Shown here: positions 1-8,341 of the stretch, one piece after another
Layout: every line of letters starts with the position of its first letter
Position numbering within the stretch: the stretch's first letter is position 1
Virus record (IMG/VR): IMGVR_UViG_2531839477_000015
Coordinates: 1 to 18,808 of that record
From: a virus
Taxonomy: Duplodnaviria > Heunggongvirae > Uroviricota > Caudoviricetes
Direction: 5' to 3' (one strand)
DNA: 18,808 bases
Position numbers and translations under genes: made by a program
Notes under the pieces: generated by a model
Told to the model about the DNA's origin: nothing
Database searches by the model: none
The model's input: the letters and a program-made list of their open reading frames with translations, nothing else

Positions 1-1284
1 TTACTTCTTCGCCTCTGCAACCACTTTACTACCCACGCCGCGGTTATTGTATTCCCACATGCGGTTGTAGTTAGTGTCATTCAGATTGCGCTGTATTTCG
101 TCGTTATCATCTACGCTGCCGGTATTACCCGCAAACGGACGATTAGAGATCACCGCATCGGCCCACGGTTTAGCCGTGTTAAAACCTTCGTTGATGGCGC
201 TATCACGGATCACCACCTGACCGTTGGTATTGGCATCAACATCCAGCGAGCGGCCCAGTTGCGCCACACCATCACCGAAAGCATTGAAACGGCTGTTTAC
301 GGCGAGGAAACCGTAGTAAATGTTGGACAGCGTAGCCGGTGCAAACACATACGCTTCTTGCTGAGTACGTGAGTTCACCACGCGGAATTCGGTGTTATCG
401 AACACCACTGCGCCGCGACCAGAAACGATATCCACATCCCCTTCAATGTAGCTGTTGGTCACCAGCGTACGCGGCTGACGATTCGTTTCCAGACGGTTCT
501 GCACACCGCTGTTGGTGACAAAGAAGGTGTTCTGACGACCGAGAATGTTAACGTTGTTAATCTGTACCTGGTCACCATCAGTACGCAGTGCCACCGCCGG
601 ATGGTTACCTGCATCTACGCTATCGCCCAGCGTGTTTTCGATGGTCAGATTTTGCAGTTGCAGGCCATTGTTTTGTGACCAGAAGACCGCAGAGCAGAGA
701 ACACCGATACTGTCGCTGCGTTTGCTCTGGCAGCTATCGTACATATACCACGCTGGTTTACCTGGCATATATTTGCCGCGCGGGTTGACGTCGTGACGCC
801 AGTCGGCAGGGCTCATGCCACCATCAAGGGAAAGCCCAATCTTCACATCAATCGGTTTTTCACCTGTACCGTACAGAGTAATTCCACCCGGAGCGGCAGG
901 GACATATACCGTTCCCTGATACTCACCAGGCATCACGGCAATATACTGGCGCTTGTTGGTACGCTTGATAATTGCCGCATCTACCGCCGCCTGAATCGTG
1001 GTATGCGTTACACCTTGAGTGCCCGCCGGGCCGACAACAAAGTCAGGTTGCGCAGGCAGGGTAATCGGGGAAGGATTCCACGCTGCAGCACCTGGTGTCA
1101 GGGATGCAAAATAGTGTTGAGCATCGAAATTCTGCGCTTCTTTTGCCGACAGAATCGGGCGAGAAGAGGTACCAGGCGCGGTTTGATCAGAAGGACGTTG
1201 ATCGGGCGGGGTTGAGCTACAGGCGGTCAGCGTCACGCCAAAAGCCAATGCCAGCGCCAGACGGGAAACTGAAAATGTGTTCAC
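1..1284 (-). CDS. ybhC: YbhC outer-membrane lipoprotein (pectinesterase-fold acyl-CoA thioesterase); host gene flanking attB-lambda
   Basis: 427-aa ORF; GTG start at 1282-1284 with GGAG 6 nt upstream; signal peptide plus lipobox LTAC; recognised from memory as E. coli YbhC; stop TAA at 1-3. Confidence 0.9.
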   Translation of the reverse strand: MNTFSVSRLALALAFGVTLTACSSTPPDQRPSDQTAPGTSSRPILSAKEAQNFDAQHYFASLTPGAAAWNPSPITLPAQPDFVVGPAGTQGVTHTTIQAAVDAAIIKRTNKRQYIAVMPGEYQGTVYVPAAPGGITLYGTGEKPIDVKIGLSLDGGMSPADWRHDVNPRGKYMPGKPAWYMYDSCQSKRSDSIGVLCSAVFWSQNNGLQLQNLTIENTLGDSVDAGNHPAVALRTDGDQVQINNVNILGRQNTFFVTNSGVQNRLETNRQPRTLVTNSYIEGDVDIVSGRGAVVFDNTEFRVVNSRTQQEAYVFAPATLSNIYYGFLAVNSRFNAFGDGVAQLGRSLDVDANTNGQVVIRDSAINEGFNTAKPWADAVISNRPFAGNTGSVDDNDEIQRNLNDTNYNRMWEYNNRGVGSKVVAEAKK

Positions 1285-1330
1285 AGGTTGCTCCGGGCTA
1301 TGAAATAGAAAAATGAATCCGTTGAAGCCT

Positions 1331-1345
1331 GCTTTTTTATACTAA
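1331..1345. other. attL common core GCTTTTTTATACTAA
   Basis: Exact 15-bp lambda att core; left flank TTGAAGCCTGC matches the attB B arm, right flank GTTGGCATTATAAAAAAGCATTGCTTATCAATTTG matches the attP P' arm. Confidence 0.95.
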
Positions 1346-1418
1346 GTTGGCATTATAAAAAAGCATTGCTTATCAATTTGTTGCAACGAACAGGTCACTA
1401 TCAGTCAAAATAAAATCA
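1346..1418. promoter_or_regulatory. attL P' arm with Int arm-type binding sites
   Basis: Lambda P' arm sequence with tandem arm-type motifs CAGGTCACTAT / CAGTCAAAAT / AAAATCATTAT immediately before the int stop codon. Confidence 0.8.
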
Positions 1419-2489
1419 TTATTTGATTTCAATTTTGTCCCACTCCCTGCCTCTGTCATCACGATACTGTGATGCCATGGTGTCCGACTTATGCCCGAGA
1501 AGATGTTGAGCAAACTTATCGCTTATCTGCTTCTCATAGAGTCTTGCAGACAAACTGCGCAACTCGTGAAAGGTAGGCGGATCCCCTTCGAAGGAAAGAC
1601 CTGATGCTTTTCGTGCGCGCATAAAATACCTTGATACTGTGCCGGATGAAAGCGGTTCGCGACGAGTAGATGCAATTATGGTTTCTCCGCCAAGAATCTC
1701 TTTGCATTTATCAAGTGTTTCCTTCATTGATATTCCGAGAGCATCAACATGCAATGCTGTTGGGATGGCAATTTTTACGCCTGTTTTGCTTTGCTCGACA
1801 TAAAGATATCCATCTACGATATCAGACCACTTCATTTCGCATAAATCACCAACTCGTTGCCCGGTAACAACAGCCAGTTCCATTGCAAGTCTGAGCCAAC
1901 ATGGTGATGATTCTGCTGCTTGATAAATTTTCAGGTATTCGTCAGCCGTAAGTCTTGATCTCCTTACCTCTGATTTTGCTGCGCGAGTGGCAGCGACAGG
2001 GTTTGTTGTTATATGGCCTTCAGCTATTGCCTCTCGGAATGCATCGCTCAGTGTTGATCTGATTAACTTGGCTGACGCCGCCTTGCCCTCGTCTATGTAT
2101 CCATTGAGCATTGCCGCAATTTCTTTTGTGGTGATGTCTTCAAGTGGAGCATCAGGCAGACCCCTCCTTATTGCTTTAATTTTGCTCATGTAATTTATGA
2201 GTGTCTTCTGCTTGATTCCTCTGCTGGCCAGGATTTTTTCGTAGCGATCAAGCCATGAATGTAACGTAACGGAATTATCACTGTTGATTCTCGCTGTCAG
2301 AGGCTTGTGTTTGTGTCCTGAAAATAACTCAATGTTGGCCTGTATGGCTTCAGTGATTGCGATTCGCCTGTCTCTGCCTAATCCAAACTCTTTACCCGTC
2401 CTTGGGTCCCTGTAGCAGTAATATCCATTGTTTCTTATATAAAGGTTAGGGGGTAAATCCCGGCGCTCATGACTTCGCCTTCTTCCCAT
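1419..2489 (-). CDS. int: Lambda-type integrase (tyrosine recombinase)
   Basis: 356-aa ORF MGRRRSHERRDLPPNLYIRNNGYYCYRDPRTGKEFGLG...DKIEIK, recognised as lambda Int; adjacent to attL; 23-nt overlap with xis as in lambda. Confidence 0.97.
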   Translation of the reverse strand: MGRRRSHERRDLPPNLYIRNNGYYCYRDPRTGKEFGLGRDRRIAITEAIQANIELFSGHKHKPLTARINSDNSVTLHSWLDRYEKILASRGIKQKTLINYMSKIKAIRRGLPDAPLEDITTKEIAAMLNGYIDEGKAASAKLIRSTLSDAFREAIAEGHITTNPVAATRAAKSEVRRSRLTADEYLKIYQAAESSPCWLRLAMELAVVTGQRVGDLCEMKWSDIVDGYLYVEQSKTGVKIAIPTALHVDALGISMKETLDKCKEILGGETIIASTRREPLSSGTVSRYFMRARKASGLSFEGDPPTFHELRSLSARLYEKQISDKFAQHLLGHKSDTMASQYRDDRGREWDKIEIK

Positions 2490-2685
2490 TTCTGATCCTC
2501 TTCAAAAGGCTACCTGTTACTGGTCGATTTAAGTCAACCTTTACCGCTGATTCGTGGAACAGATACTCTCTTCCATCCTTAACCGGAGGAGGGAATATCC
2601 TGCACTCGCGTACCCATCGACGAACTGTTTCAAGGCTTCTTGGGCGTCGCTGGCGTGCGTTCCACTCCTGAAGTGTCAAGTACAT
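2467..2685 (-). CDS. xis: Excisionase
   Basis: 72-aa ORF MYLTLQEWNARQRRPRSLETVRRWVRECRIFPPPVKDGREYLFHESAVKV..., recognised as lambda Xis. Confidence 0.95.
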   Translation of the reverse strand: MYLTLQEWNARQRRPRSLETVRRWVRECRIFPPPVKDGREYLFHESAVKVDLNRPVTGSLLKRIRNGKKAKS

Positions 2686-2708
2686 CGCAAAGTCTCCGCA
2701 ATTACACG

Positions 2709-2733
2709 CAAGAAAAAACCGCCATCAGGCGGC
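2709..2733 (-). terminator. Intrinsic terminator on the minus strand, upstream of xis
   Basis: Minus-strand RNA AAGCCGCC-UGAU-GGCGG followed by UUUUUU (plus coordinates: stem 2719-2723/2728-2732, A-run 2712-2717). Confidence 0.5.
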
Positions 2734-2798
2734 TTGGTGTTCTTTCAGTTCTTCAATTCGAATATTGGTTACATTGTTTTCATATATGAATAAATAAA

Positions 2799-2978
2799 TT
2801 AGCTTTTTTCGTTGCCTTCGCGTTCTTTATTAATTTTGACAAAATCGTTTTTACCACGCTCTCCAAATGCGTCTTTAGAGTCGTTGTATCCGCAATCGCA
2901 GCACACATAATCATCAGACCATCCACGCATTGTTTTTTCTTTTGCAATATTTCCAGAACCGCATTTTGGACAAGACAT
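2799..2978 (-). CDS. Small zinc-ribbon protein (hypothetical)
   Basis: ATG at 2976-2978 preceded by GGAGG 7 nt upstream (the track's longer ORF begins at a TTG); two Cys pairs CPKCG...CCDCG; 59 aa. Confidence 0.55.
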   Translation of the reverse strand: MSCPKCGSGNIAKEKTMRGWSDDYVCCDCGYNDSKDAFGERGKNDFVKINKEREGNEKS

Positions 2979-3074
2979 ATCACTACCTCCAAAGCATGAG
3001 TGAGATGACAACGTAACATTGATTGGAGATTAACAATAGATTGCTGATGTAAAAGATATGTATAAGCTTCGCTT

Positions 3075-3707
3075 TCAAAGTGGAGGCTCTGGTAGCGGCA
3101 TCCAGTGTGACGGCTCACATACCCCCTCAACACCATTCATGTAAAAGAATTGAAATAACCCTTTACCTTTGTGAAACCCTACCATCTGCTCTTTTGTGTC
3201 TGAGCAATAAACCAAAACATCTTCTTCGCTTGGCATTCGCTCACTACAGCTTATCCAACCATCCGGAGTTACCGGAGAGTTGCCGGGTTCTTTAATGTGC
3301 AAGCGAGGCTCACCATCTTTTGGCTCAGGCCACTGGCGCTCCATGATAATCTTCAATTTATCTTCCATAGCAACGGTAATTTCAGCATCGCTGATGCCAG
3401 CACGGCGCTGTGCATCCCACAACAGAAACTGCATATCAGCCCACTCGCTAAGATCGTCTGGTTCGGCTGCGGCTTCCAGTGCCTCTTTTGAGAGATGTTT
3501 CAGCGGAACAATGGGGCCAACGCAGCCAAATGTGGAGTCAGACCATTTGGCATACTCGTGGCGAATCTGTTCGCGTTCCAGTGATGCCAGCGCAATTCGT
3601 GCCAGTTCTTCCGCTTCTTCTGCTGGCAGTACAACGTTGCTACCAGGTCCGTATGTTTCGCGCCACTGCTTGATTGTCAGTAGTCGCTCTTTGGTCATAG
3701 TGGTCAT
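3075..3707 (-). CDS. DUF551-like phage protein (hypothetical)
   Basis: Start trimmed to ATG 3705-3707 (MTTMTKERLL...) with AAGGAG upstream; C-terminus WISCSERMPSEEDVLVY...HWMPLPEPP resembles the DUF551 signature. Confidence 0.65.
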   Translation of the reverse strand: MTTMTKERLLTIKQWRETYGPGSNVVLPAEEAEELARIALASLEREQIRHEYAKWSDSTFGCVGPIVPLKHLSKEALEAAAEPDDLSEWADMQFLLWDAQRRAGISDAEITVAMEDKLKIIMERQWPEPKDGEPRLHIKEPGNSPVTPDGWISCSERMPSEEDVLVYCSDTKEQMVGFHKGKGLFQFFYMNGVEGVCEPSHWMPLPEPPL

Positions 3708-3708
3708 A

Positions 3709-4230
3709 TCACTCTCCTTTGATGCGAATGCCTGTTGCAATGCTGTTTATGATGCTGTCAGTGCATGGGGTAGAAAGCTGGGCATCTCCAGCAATTTTCA
3801 TGACCTCAACATCTGCATATCGAATACCGAGGTGTATCAGACCGGCTATGCCTGACTTAAGCCGAGCATTTTCCATAAATAGAACCTTTGCCCGCTGTTT
3901 TTCTGCTTCAAGCTCAACTCTCAGCTTCCCTACCGTTAGCGCAATCTCCTCGTTCTCCTGGTCGCGAGATTTGATGTATTGCTGGTTTCTTTCCCGTTCA
4001 TCCAGCAGCGCCTGCACTACTTCAGGGTTGAAAGCTGCGATATAACGAGCGTTGTTCTCTGCGTTGTTCTGTCCATCAAAGCCGGTCCATTTGATAACGT
4101 CTTCACATCGTTTATCACCAGGTGTATGCACCGCATATGTACCAGTACCAGACGAAATAAATGCGACCCATTCACCCTGTGTTGCCAGTTGCGCCGCCTC
4201 ACGCAGTGCCTGATAGTCAATCTTGCTCAC
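3709..4230 (-). CDS. Ead/Ea22-like protein
   Basis: GTG start at 4228-4230 with AAGGAGG 6 nt upstream; N-terminus SKIDYQALREAAQLATQGEW typical of Ead/Ea22-like prophage proteins; coiled-coil middle. Confidence 0.65.
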   Translation of the reverse strand: MSKIDYQALREAAQLATQGEWVAFISSGTGTYAVHTPGDKRCEDVIKWTGFDGQNNAENNARYIAAFNPEVVQALLDERERNQQYIKSRDQENEEIALTVGKLRVELEAEKQRAKVLFMENARLKSGIAGLIHLGIRYADVEVMKIAGDAQLSTPCTDSIINSIATGIRIKGE

Positions 4231-4522
4231 TGGTTGCCTCCTTTGCTGGGCTTTCGAATGTATCAAACTCAAACAACTTAACTACGTCATCAAACAGGAC
4301 ATAATCGCCATCAGAATCTTCAGTCATGTCAGCGCCACAATCCTGACCGAACGAGTCACAACCATCCATATCAAGCTCGTATCGCTTGAGTTTTGCGATA
4401 TTTGATAAATTCAGCGCCAGTACAGCAAGGTCATAAACCTCATCAGCGGTATACCCGGCACCATGCCCATACATTTCAATACGGGATATGATTTCTTCTA
4501 CACGTTGTTTTGTGATCGTCAT
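4217..4522 (-). CDS. Hypothetical acidic protein (101 aa)
   Basis: ATG at 4520-4522 with AGGAAGGTGAG upstream; co-oriented and tightly packed within the pL operon. Confidence 0.55.
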   Translation of the reverse strand: MTITKQRVEEIISRIEMYGHGAGYTADEVYDLAVLALNLSNIAKLKRYELDMDGCDSFGQDCGADMTEDSDGDYVLFDDVVKLFEFDTFESPAKEATSEQD

Positions 4523-4980
4523 TTTTGCTCACCTTCCTGTTCTTCCAGAAAAATACGCATAGCCTCAAGCATCTCTTCGGTGTCATACGGAGACAGCTTG
4601 TCACGCAGGATGTGTTCAATGCTGTTAATGAACTTGCGGATTGCTTTGCGTTCAATTTCAGCCAGGAAAGCGTCGGTGGCTTGGGTTTCAGTAACATCAT
4701 CTTCCCATTCGCTAAACTCCTCACGACAAAAGTCATTAAATTCCTTCTCAGATTGCTTAAGCGAGGTATTTTCAGCAGCCATCTTCGCGCATTTAGCCTC
4801 AAGGTTATCAATCGTGATTCCAGCAGAACGACACTCCCGCAACGCCGTTTCCAGTTTTGATTCAAGTTCGCCGAACTTACGGACAAGATATTCAGCGTTT
4901 GTTTCGTTAACCTTTAAATCACTTGGGATGCATTTACCTTTCAGAAAACCATCCATCTCAATTAGTGTCATTTGTTTCAT
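4519..4980 (-). CDS. Hypothetical coiled-coil protein (153 aa)
   Basis: ATG at 4978-4980; stop overlaps the next start; charged, helix-prone sequence. Confidence 0.55.
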   Translation of the reverse strand: MKQMTLIEMDGFLKGKCIPSDLKVNETNAEYLVRKFGELESKLETALRECRSAGITIDNLEAKCAKMAAENTSLKQSEKEFNDFCREEFSEWEDDVTETQATDAFLAEIERKAIRKFINSIEHILRDKLSPYDTEEMLEAMRIFLEEQEGEQK

Positions 4981-5141
4981 TTCTTCCCACTCCGCAACAT
5001 CGCATTCAGATATTTGTTGTCGTTAACAGAACCGAAACTCTTTCTTTTAAGCAATTCCTCTCTCGATGGCATTGGCTTTACGCGTTGGCGAATAATCATT
5101 TCTGCCGGAAGAATGCCGGGATTGTATGCAAGTCCTCTCAT
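4979..5141 (-). CDS. Small ORF (53 aa), translationally coupled
   Basis: Not in the >=60-aa track. ATG 5139-5141 overlaps the upstream stop (ATGA) and its own stop overlaps the next ATG; translation [54 protein letters not shown]. Confidence 0.35.
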
Positions 5142-5428
5142 GATTTACTCTCCACGAACTGGTCAATAGCCATGCTAAGTGACATACCTAAAGCTTCGAT
5201 ATGCTGCTGAATATCCTGTAGCGTCCGCGCCTGAGATAACAGAATTTCACGGTTGCATAACTCTTTAACCAGATGCTCAAACTTGCTGTAATAACCGATA
5301 CGGCTTAGTGTTTCTTTCCCTGCATTCTCGCCTTCTTTGATAATTCCTCTTTCGCTAAGAATCAGATCGTGTTTGGTTCCGGTAATAACGTATTTTCCGA
5401 GGTCGATGTTTAGCTTCATTGTTTTCAT
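5138..5428 (-). CDS. Hypothetical protein (96 aa)
   Basis: Start trimmed to ATG 5426-5428 ([14 protein letters not shown]...) with GAGGAA 8 nt upstream; the track's longer ORF would overlap the upstream gene. Confidence 0.55.
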   Translation of the reverse strand: MKTMKLNIDLGKYVITGTKHDLILSERGIIKEGENAGKETLSRIGYYSKFEHLVKELCNREILLSQARTLQDIQQHIEALGMSLSMAIDQFVESKS

Positions 5429-5438
5429 TGTTAATTCC

Positions 5439-5732
5439 TCAGTCATTACTGATAGCGCCATAGCGTGAGCGGTAATTACGCAGGCGCGGGTCAATTTCAG
5501 GGAAGTGGGTATATGTGGCTTTGCGGAATGGTCGGATTGATGTCTGGTAAATTCGCTCGCGTTCTTTTTTCTCTGCAAGCCATATACAGTGGCGAAATTC
5601 CTTTTCATCTTTCGTTTCCTGCGGTAGAGACATTATCCGATCGTAGTTTTTTCTGAATTTATCCAGCACCTCCGATACGGAATTGCCGGAACAGCGGCGC
5701 GCGTCGTCCGCACCATACAGAGGCGCTGGCAT
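5439..5732 (-). CDS. Hypothetical protein (97 aa)
   Basis: ATG 5730-5732 with GGAG 6 nt upstream. Confidence 0.55.
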   Translation of the reverse strand: MPAPLYGADDARRCSGNSVSEVLDKFRKNYDRIMSLPQETKDEKEFRHCIWLAEKKERERIYQTSIRPFRKATYTHFPEIDPRLRNYRSRYGAISND

Positions 5733-5745
5733 GATTTTCTCCTGA

Positions 5746-6225
5746 TTAAATTGCGTGAATAGCGTGACGAGGGAATGGGAGAGTTACTGGTTCCTCGTCT
5801 GGGTAGATAGGTTTGTTATGTTTGTGCCACTCGACATGACATGACTTGCAGAGCCACATCACATCGGTTGGTTTGCTGTAGTCGCAGTGGTGCGCCTGTG
5901 GTTTACATTCTGATCCGCAGCACTCACATTGTGGTGGTCGGATTAGCTTACCGTCGCGCAAAAAATTACCCACAATGATGTGGGCTTTTCTTTTCCATGG
6001 GTTGCTCTGAATGAACCGCTTTTTGGCTGCGTTACACCGTTCTCTTCCGCGTTCCGATGATTGATATTCTCTCCTTGCTGATACTCGATGTGGCAATCCA
6101 GCGCGTTCTTTGTCGTATTCAGCCAGGCAAGCCCGGCAAGCGGCAGTTAATCCATCTCTGGATGCTCTTCTGATTTGAAAGTCCCTTTCTTCCTTCTGTT
6201 GATGGCATCTTGAGCAGACTTTCAT
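5746..6225 (-). CDS. HNH-family endonuclease with extra Cys pairs
   Basis: C-terminal CECCGSECKPQAHHCDYSKPTDVMWLCKSCHVEWH fits the HNH/zinc-finger pattern; ATG 6223-6225 with GGAG upstream. Confidence 0.6.
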   Translation of the reverse strand: MKVCSRCHQQKEERDFQIRRASRDGLTAACRACLAEYDKERAGLPHRVSARREYQSSERGRERCNAAKKRFIQSNPWKRKAHIIVGNFLRDGKLIRPPQCECCGSECKPQAHHCDYSKPTDVMWLCKSCHVEWHKHNKPIYPDEEPVTLPFPRHAIHAI

Positions 6226-6234
6226 ATTCAGCTC

Positions 6235-6708
6235 CTAGAACGGAATATCCGAATCGTCAAAATCCATAGGTGGTTCGCTGTGATTCCCCTGCTGCTGAGA
6301 TTGCTGTCTTTGTTGCTGACCGTTATTTCGCTGAGGTGAAGACTGTTCATTGCCTCCTTGCTTGCCACCAAGCATTTTCATGGTTCCACCAACGCCCACG
6401 ATGACTTCGGTAGTGAACCTATCCTGTCCGCTTTGATCCTGCCATTTTCTTGTCCGTAATTTGCCTTCAAGATAAACCTCTGAGCCTTTTCGCAGATATT
6501 CGCTGGCAATTTCTGCCAGTTTCCCGCTCATTACCACGCGGTGCCACTCCGTCTGCTCCTTTTGCTCTCCAGTTTGCTTATCACGCCATTGTTCTGACGT
6601 AGCAACTGTAAGGTTTGCAAATGCCGTTCCTGATGGTGAATATCTGATTTCTGGATCATGCCCAAGGCGACCAATAATGATCACCTTATTTACGCCTCTA
6701 CTTCCCAT
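6235..6708 (-). CDS. ssb: Single-stranded DNA-binding protein
   Basis: N-terminus [23 protein letters not shown]...TEWHRVV, Gln/Gly-rich linker and C-terminal [12 protein letters not shown] tail, matching SSB. Confidence 0.93.
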   Translation of the reverse strand: MGSRGVNKVIIIGRLGHDPEIRYSPSGTAFANLTVATSEQWRDKQTGEQKEQTEWHRVVMSGKLAEIASEYLRKGSEVYLEGKLRTRKWQDQSGQDRFTTEVIVGVGGTMKMLGGKQGGNEQSSPQRNNGQQQRQQSQQQGNHSEPPMDFDDSDIPF

Positions 6709-7416
6709 TTATGCCGCCTGTTTTAGTTCGTTAACTCTGATGTTCATTACCTGAACGCATTTAGCCTGCGCCTCCTCGTTGCCAGCCATTAATTGCCAGT
6801 CACGCTGATAACGCTCGATGAGTTTTTTCTTGTCAGTTTCTGTTGATGCATAATCGCTGAAGTCTTTCAGGATTTGTTCGCAGTCAACCGATGGAGATTT
6901 CTGGTTGGTATTTTCTGGTGATGGTTTGTTATCTGATGCTGGGATTGCCCATCCCGGCAGCGATGGAGGGAGCCAGTAAAATCCTGTTCCATCCTTGAGT
7001 TTTGCCCTGTGCCATCCCTGCTTTTTATCGAGAGATGTTTGTGCGAAACCTTCCTCAAGGTTATACAGATACCGACCGATTCCCCACTGAACGGCAGCGC
7101 GCTTCATTGCACCGGAACGACCACCTTTGACGGCTTCTACCTGCGTGTTTTCAGCAGCATCCCATTTGGTTACCCATTCGGAATCAATCTTGATTGATAT
7201 GCCGCATTCAACTCCGCCGTTGTTGGGAATATCGCGGTATTCATTGCGCCATCCTGCTTTGCCGCAAACATCGTCCAGGCGTTTCATGATTGCCCTGTTC
7301 GTGACATAAGCCAGCACCATAGCCCACACCTTTCCATCGCGTGTTTTACCGCTTTGCTGTATTCGCCATTCGATATCTTCAGGGCTGAATGGCTCATCGA
7401 ATTTGTTCAAATCCAT
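6709..7416 (-). CDS. Rad52/22-type single-strand annealing protein (recombinase)
   Basis: Motifs NRAIMKRLDDVCGKAGW and GGRSGAMKRAAVQWGIGRYLY match the Rad52-family signature; sits directly upstream of ssb. Confidence 0.75.
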   Translation of the reverse strand: MDLNKFDEPFSPEDIEWRIQQSGKTRDGKVWAMVLAYVTNRAIMKRLDDVCGKAGWRNEYRDIPNNGGVECGISIKIDSEWVTKWDAAENTQVEAVKGGRSGAMKRAAVQWGIGRYLYNLEEGFAQTSLDKKQGWHRAKLKDGTGFYWLPPSLPGWAIPASDNKPSPENTNQKSPSVDCEQILKDFSDYASTETDKKKLIERYQRDWQLMAGNEEAQAKCVQVMNIRVNELKQAA

Positions 7417-7424
7417 AATTCACC

Positions 7425-7595
7425 TCAGAATGGACACGGCCCAAGGAAATAACGCTGATTTAATACTTCGACTCGTGACAAATTAAGGCATACCCGCATT
7501 CCTTCGCGGTCGCCATTATGGCGATACCAGAGAGCTTTCTGCGTGTACATGCGTCTCTGTAACTTGCTCTCCTTCACTGTGGTTGCAAGTGACAT
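7425..7595 (-). CDS. Small ORF (56 aa), alternative reading of the region
   Basis: ATG 7593-7595 with AAGGAG upstream; overlaps the 7516-7672 ORF in another frame, so at most one of the two is likely real. Confidence 0.2.
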   Translation of the reverse strand: MSLATTVKESKLQRRMYTQKALWYRHNGDREGMRVCLNLSRVEVLNQRYFLGPCPF

Positions 7596-7672
7596 GAATA
7601 TCTCCTTCGTTACCGATTAAATCTTTCATCTGACGAATGAATTCTTCGTCTGACCAGTTATCTGTAAAACTC
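7516..7672 (-). CDS. Small ORF (52 aa), coupled to the kil-like ORF
   Basis: ATG 7672-7674 overlaps the stop of the upstream ORF (ATGA); weak Shine-Dalgarno. Confidence 0.3.
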
Positions 7673-7823
7673 ATTTCCTGCGATACCACGGAAGGTTGAT
7701 AGCTGATTTCATCGCTTTATTTGCTTCAAGCCACATTTTTGAATCACCAATAAATCTGGCTATTACTGCTTTGTTTTGTGCAGCACGAAGCACCTGGTGA
7801 TTGATGGCTATTTCATTGCGCAT
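7671..7823 (-). CDS. kil: Kil-like small protein (putative FtsZ/cell-division inhibitor)
   Basis: 50-aa ORF; segment IARFIGDSKMWLEANKAM resembles the FIGDEKM core I recall from lambda Kil; lies between cIII-like and the recombination genes as in lambda; GGAGG upstream. Confidence 0.4.
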   Translation of the reverse strand: MRNEIAINHQVLRAAQNKAVIARFIGDSKMWLEANKAMKSAINLPWYRRK

Positions 7824-7942
7824 AACGCCTCCAGTTGTTTCTTTGCTGCTCTGATTAATTGTTTAACTCGGCGTGATAATTCAGATTCGTGCGGGTAGAA
7901 AGCGGACATGACGCCGCTACCCGCGAACTGAAAGTGCATCAT
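7808..7942 (-). CDS. cIII: CIII-like protein (putative FtsH inhibitor / CII stabiliser)
   Basis: 44-aa ORF MMHFQFAGSGVMSAFYPHESELSRRVKQLIRAAKKQLEALCAMK; pattern M-x-[FY]-x-[IF]-AG ... ESxLxRRxxxLxR resembles lambda CIII; GAAGGAG 6 nt upstream. Confidence 0.5.
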   Translation of the reverse strand: MMHFQFAGSGVMSAFYPHESELSRRVKQLIRAAKKQLEALCAMK

Positions 7943-8017
7943 GGGTAACTCCTTCTGTTTGATTGCATAACGAAAACGCCTCGAGTGAAGCGTTATTGGT
8001 ATGCGGTAAAGCCGCGC

Positions 8018-8329
8018 TTAGGCGGCTGATGTTTCTTCTTTCAGGCTTTCGAGATATTTACGTGGGTCGTCGTAACATTGGCATTCGCTATACCAATCCA
8101 CCCAGCGATCAGTAAGCCCCATATCTGATAAATCTTCATCGGTAAGGCTCTCATCCCACATCTCAAGGCCGTTAGCATTGCAGTAATCAGGCTTGATGTT
8201 GTTGTCATACTGAAAGGCGTCATAATCAGCCAGTGCGTCCATCAGGCGAACACCCTCTTCAACACTTGCCACTTCTACAATGAACGGCTTCATAGGTACT
8301 TGCGGGATATGCCAGACACGTAATTTCAT
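8018..8329 (-). CDS. Hypothetical acidic protein (103 aa)
   Basis: Start trimmed to ATG 8327-8329 (MKLRVWHIPQ...) with GGAGGA upstream. Confidence 0.55.
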   Translation of the reverse strand: MKLRVWHIPQVPMKPFIVEVASVEEGVRLMDALADYDAFQYDNNIKPDYCNANGLEMWDESLTDEDLSDMGLTDRWVDWYSECQCYDDPRKYLESLKEETSAA

Positions 8330-8341
8330 ATATCCTCCGTC

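Noticed and set aside
545-1316. Plus-strand ORFs of 66-140 aa inside ybhC
   Set aside because: Antisense to a well-supported host gene, no ribosome-binding sites, Arg/Cys-rich composition typical of spurious frames.
2780-3136. 118-aa minus-strand ORF overlapping the zinc-ribbon gene
   Set aside because: Alternative frame with no Shine-Dalgarno, overlapping both neighbours; the 59-aa frame has GGAGG and Cys pairs.
3280-5210. Plus-strand ORFs (up to 191 aa) across the early-left region
   Set aside because: All antisense to the coupled minus-strand operon, Ser/Cys/Arg-rich, without ribosome-binding sites.
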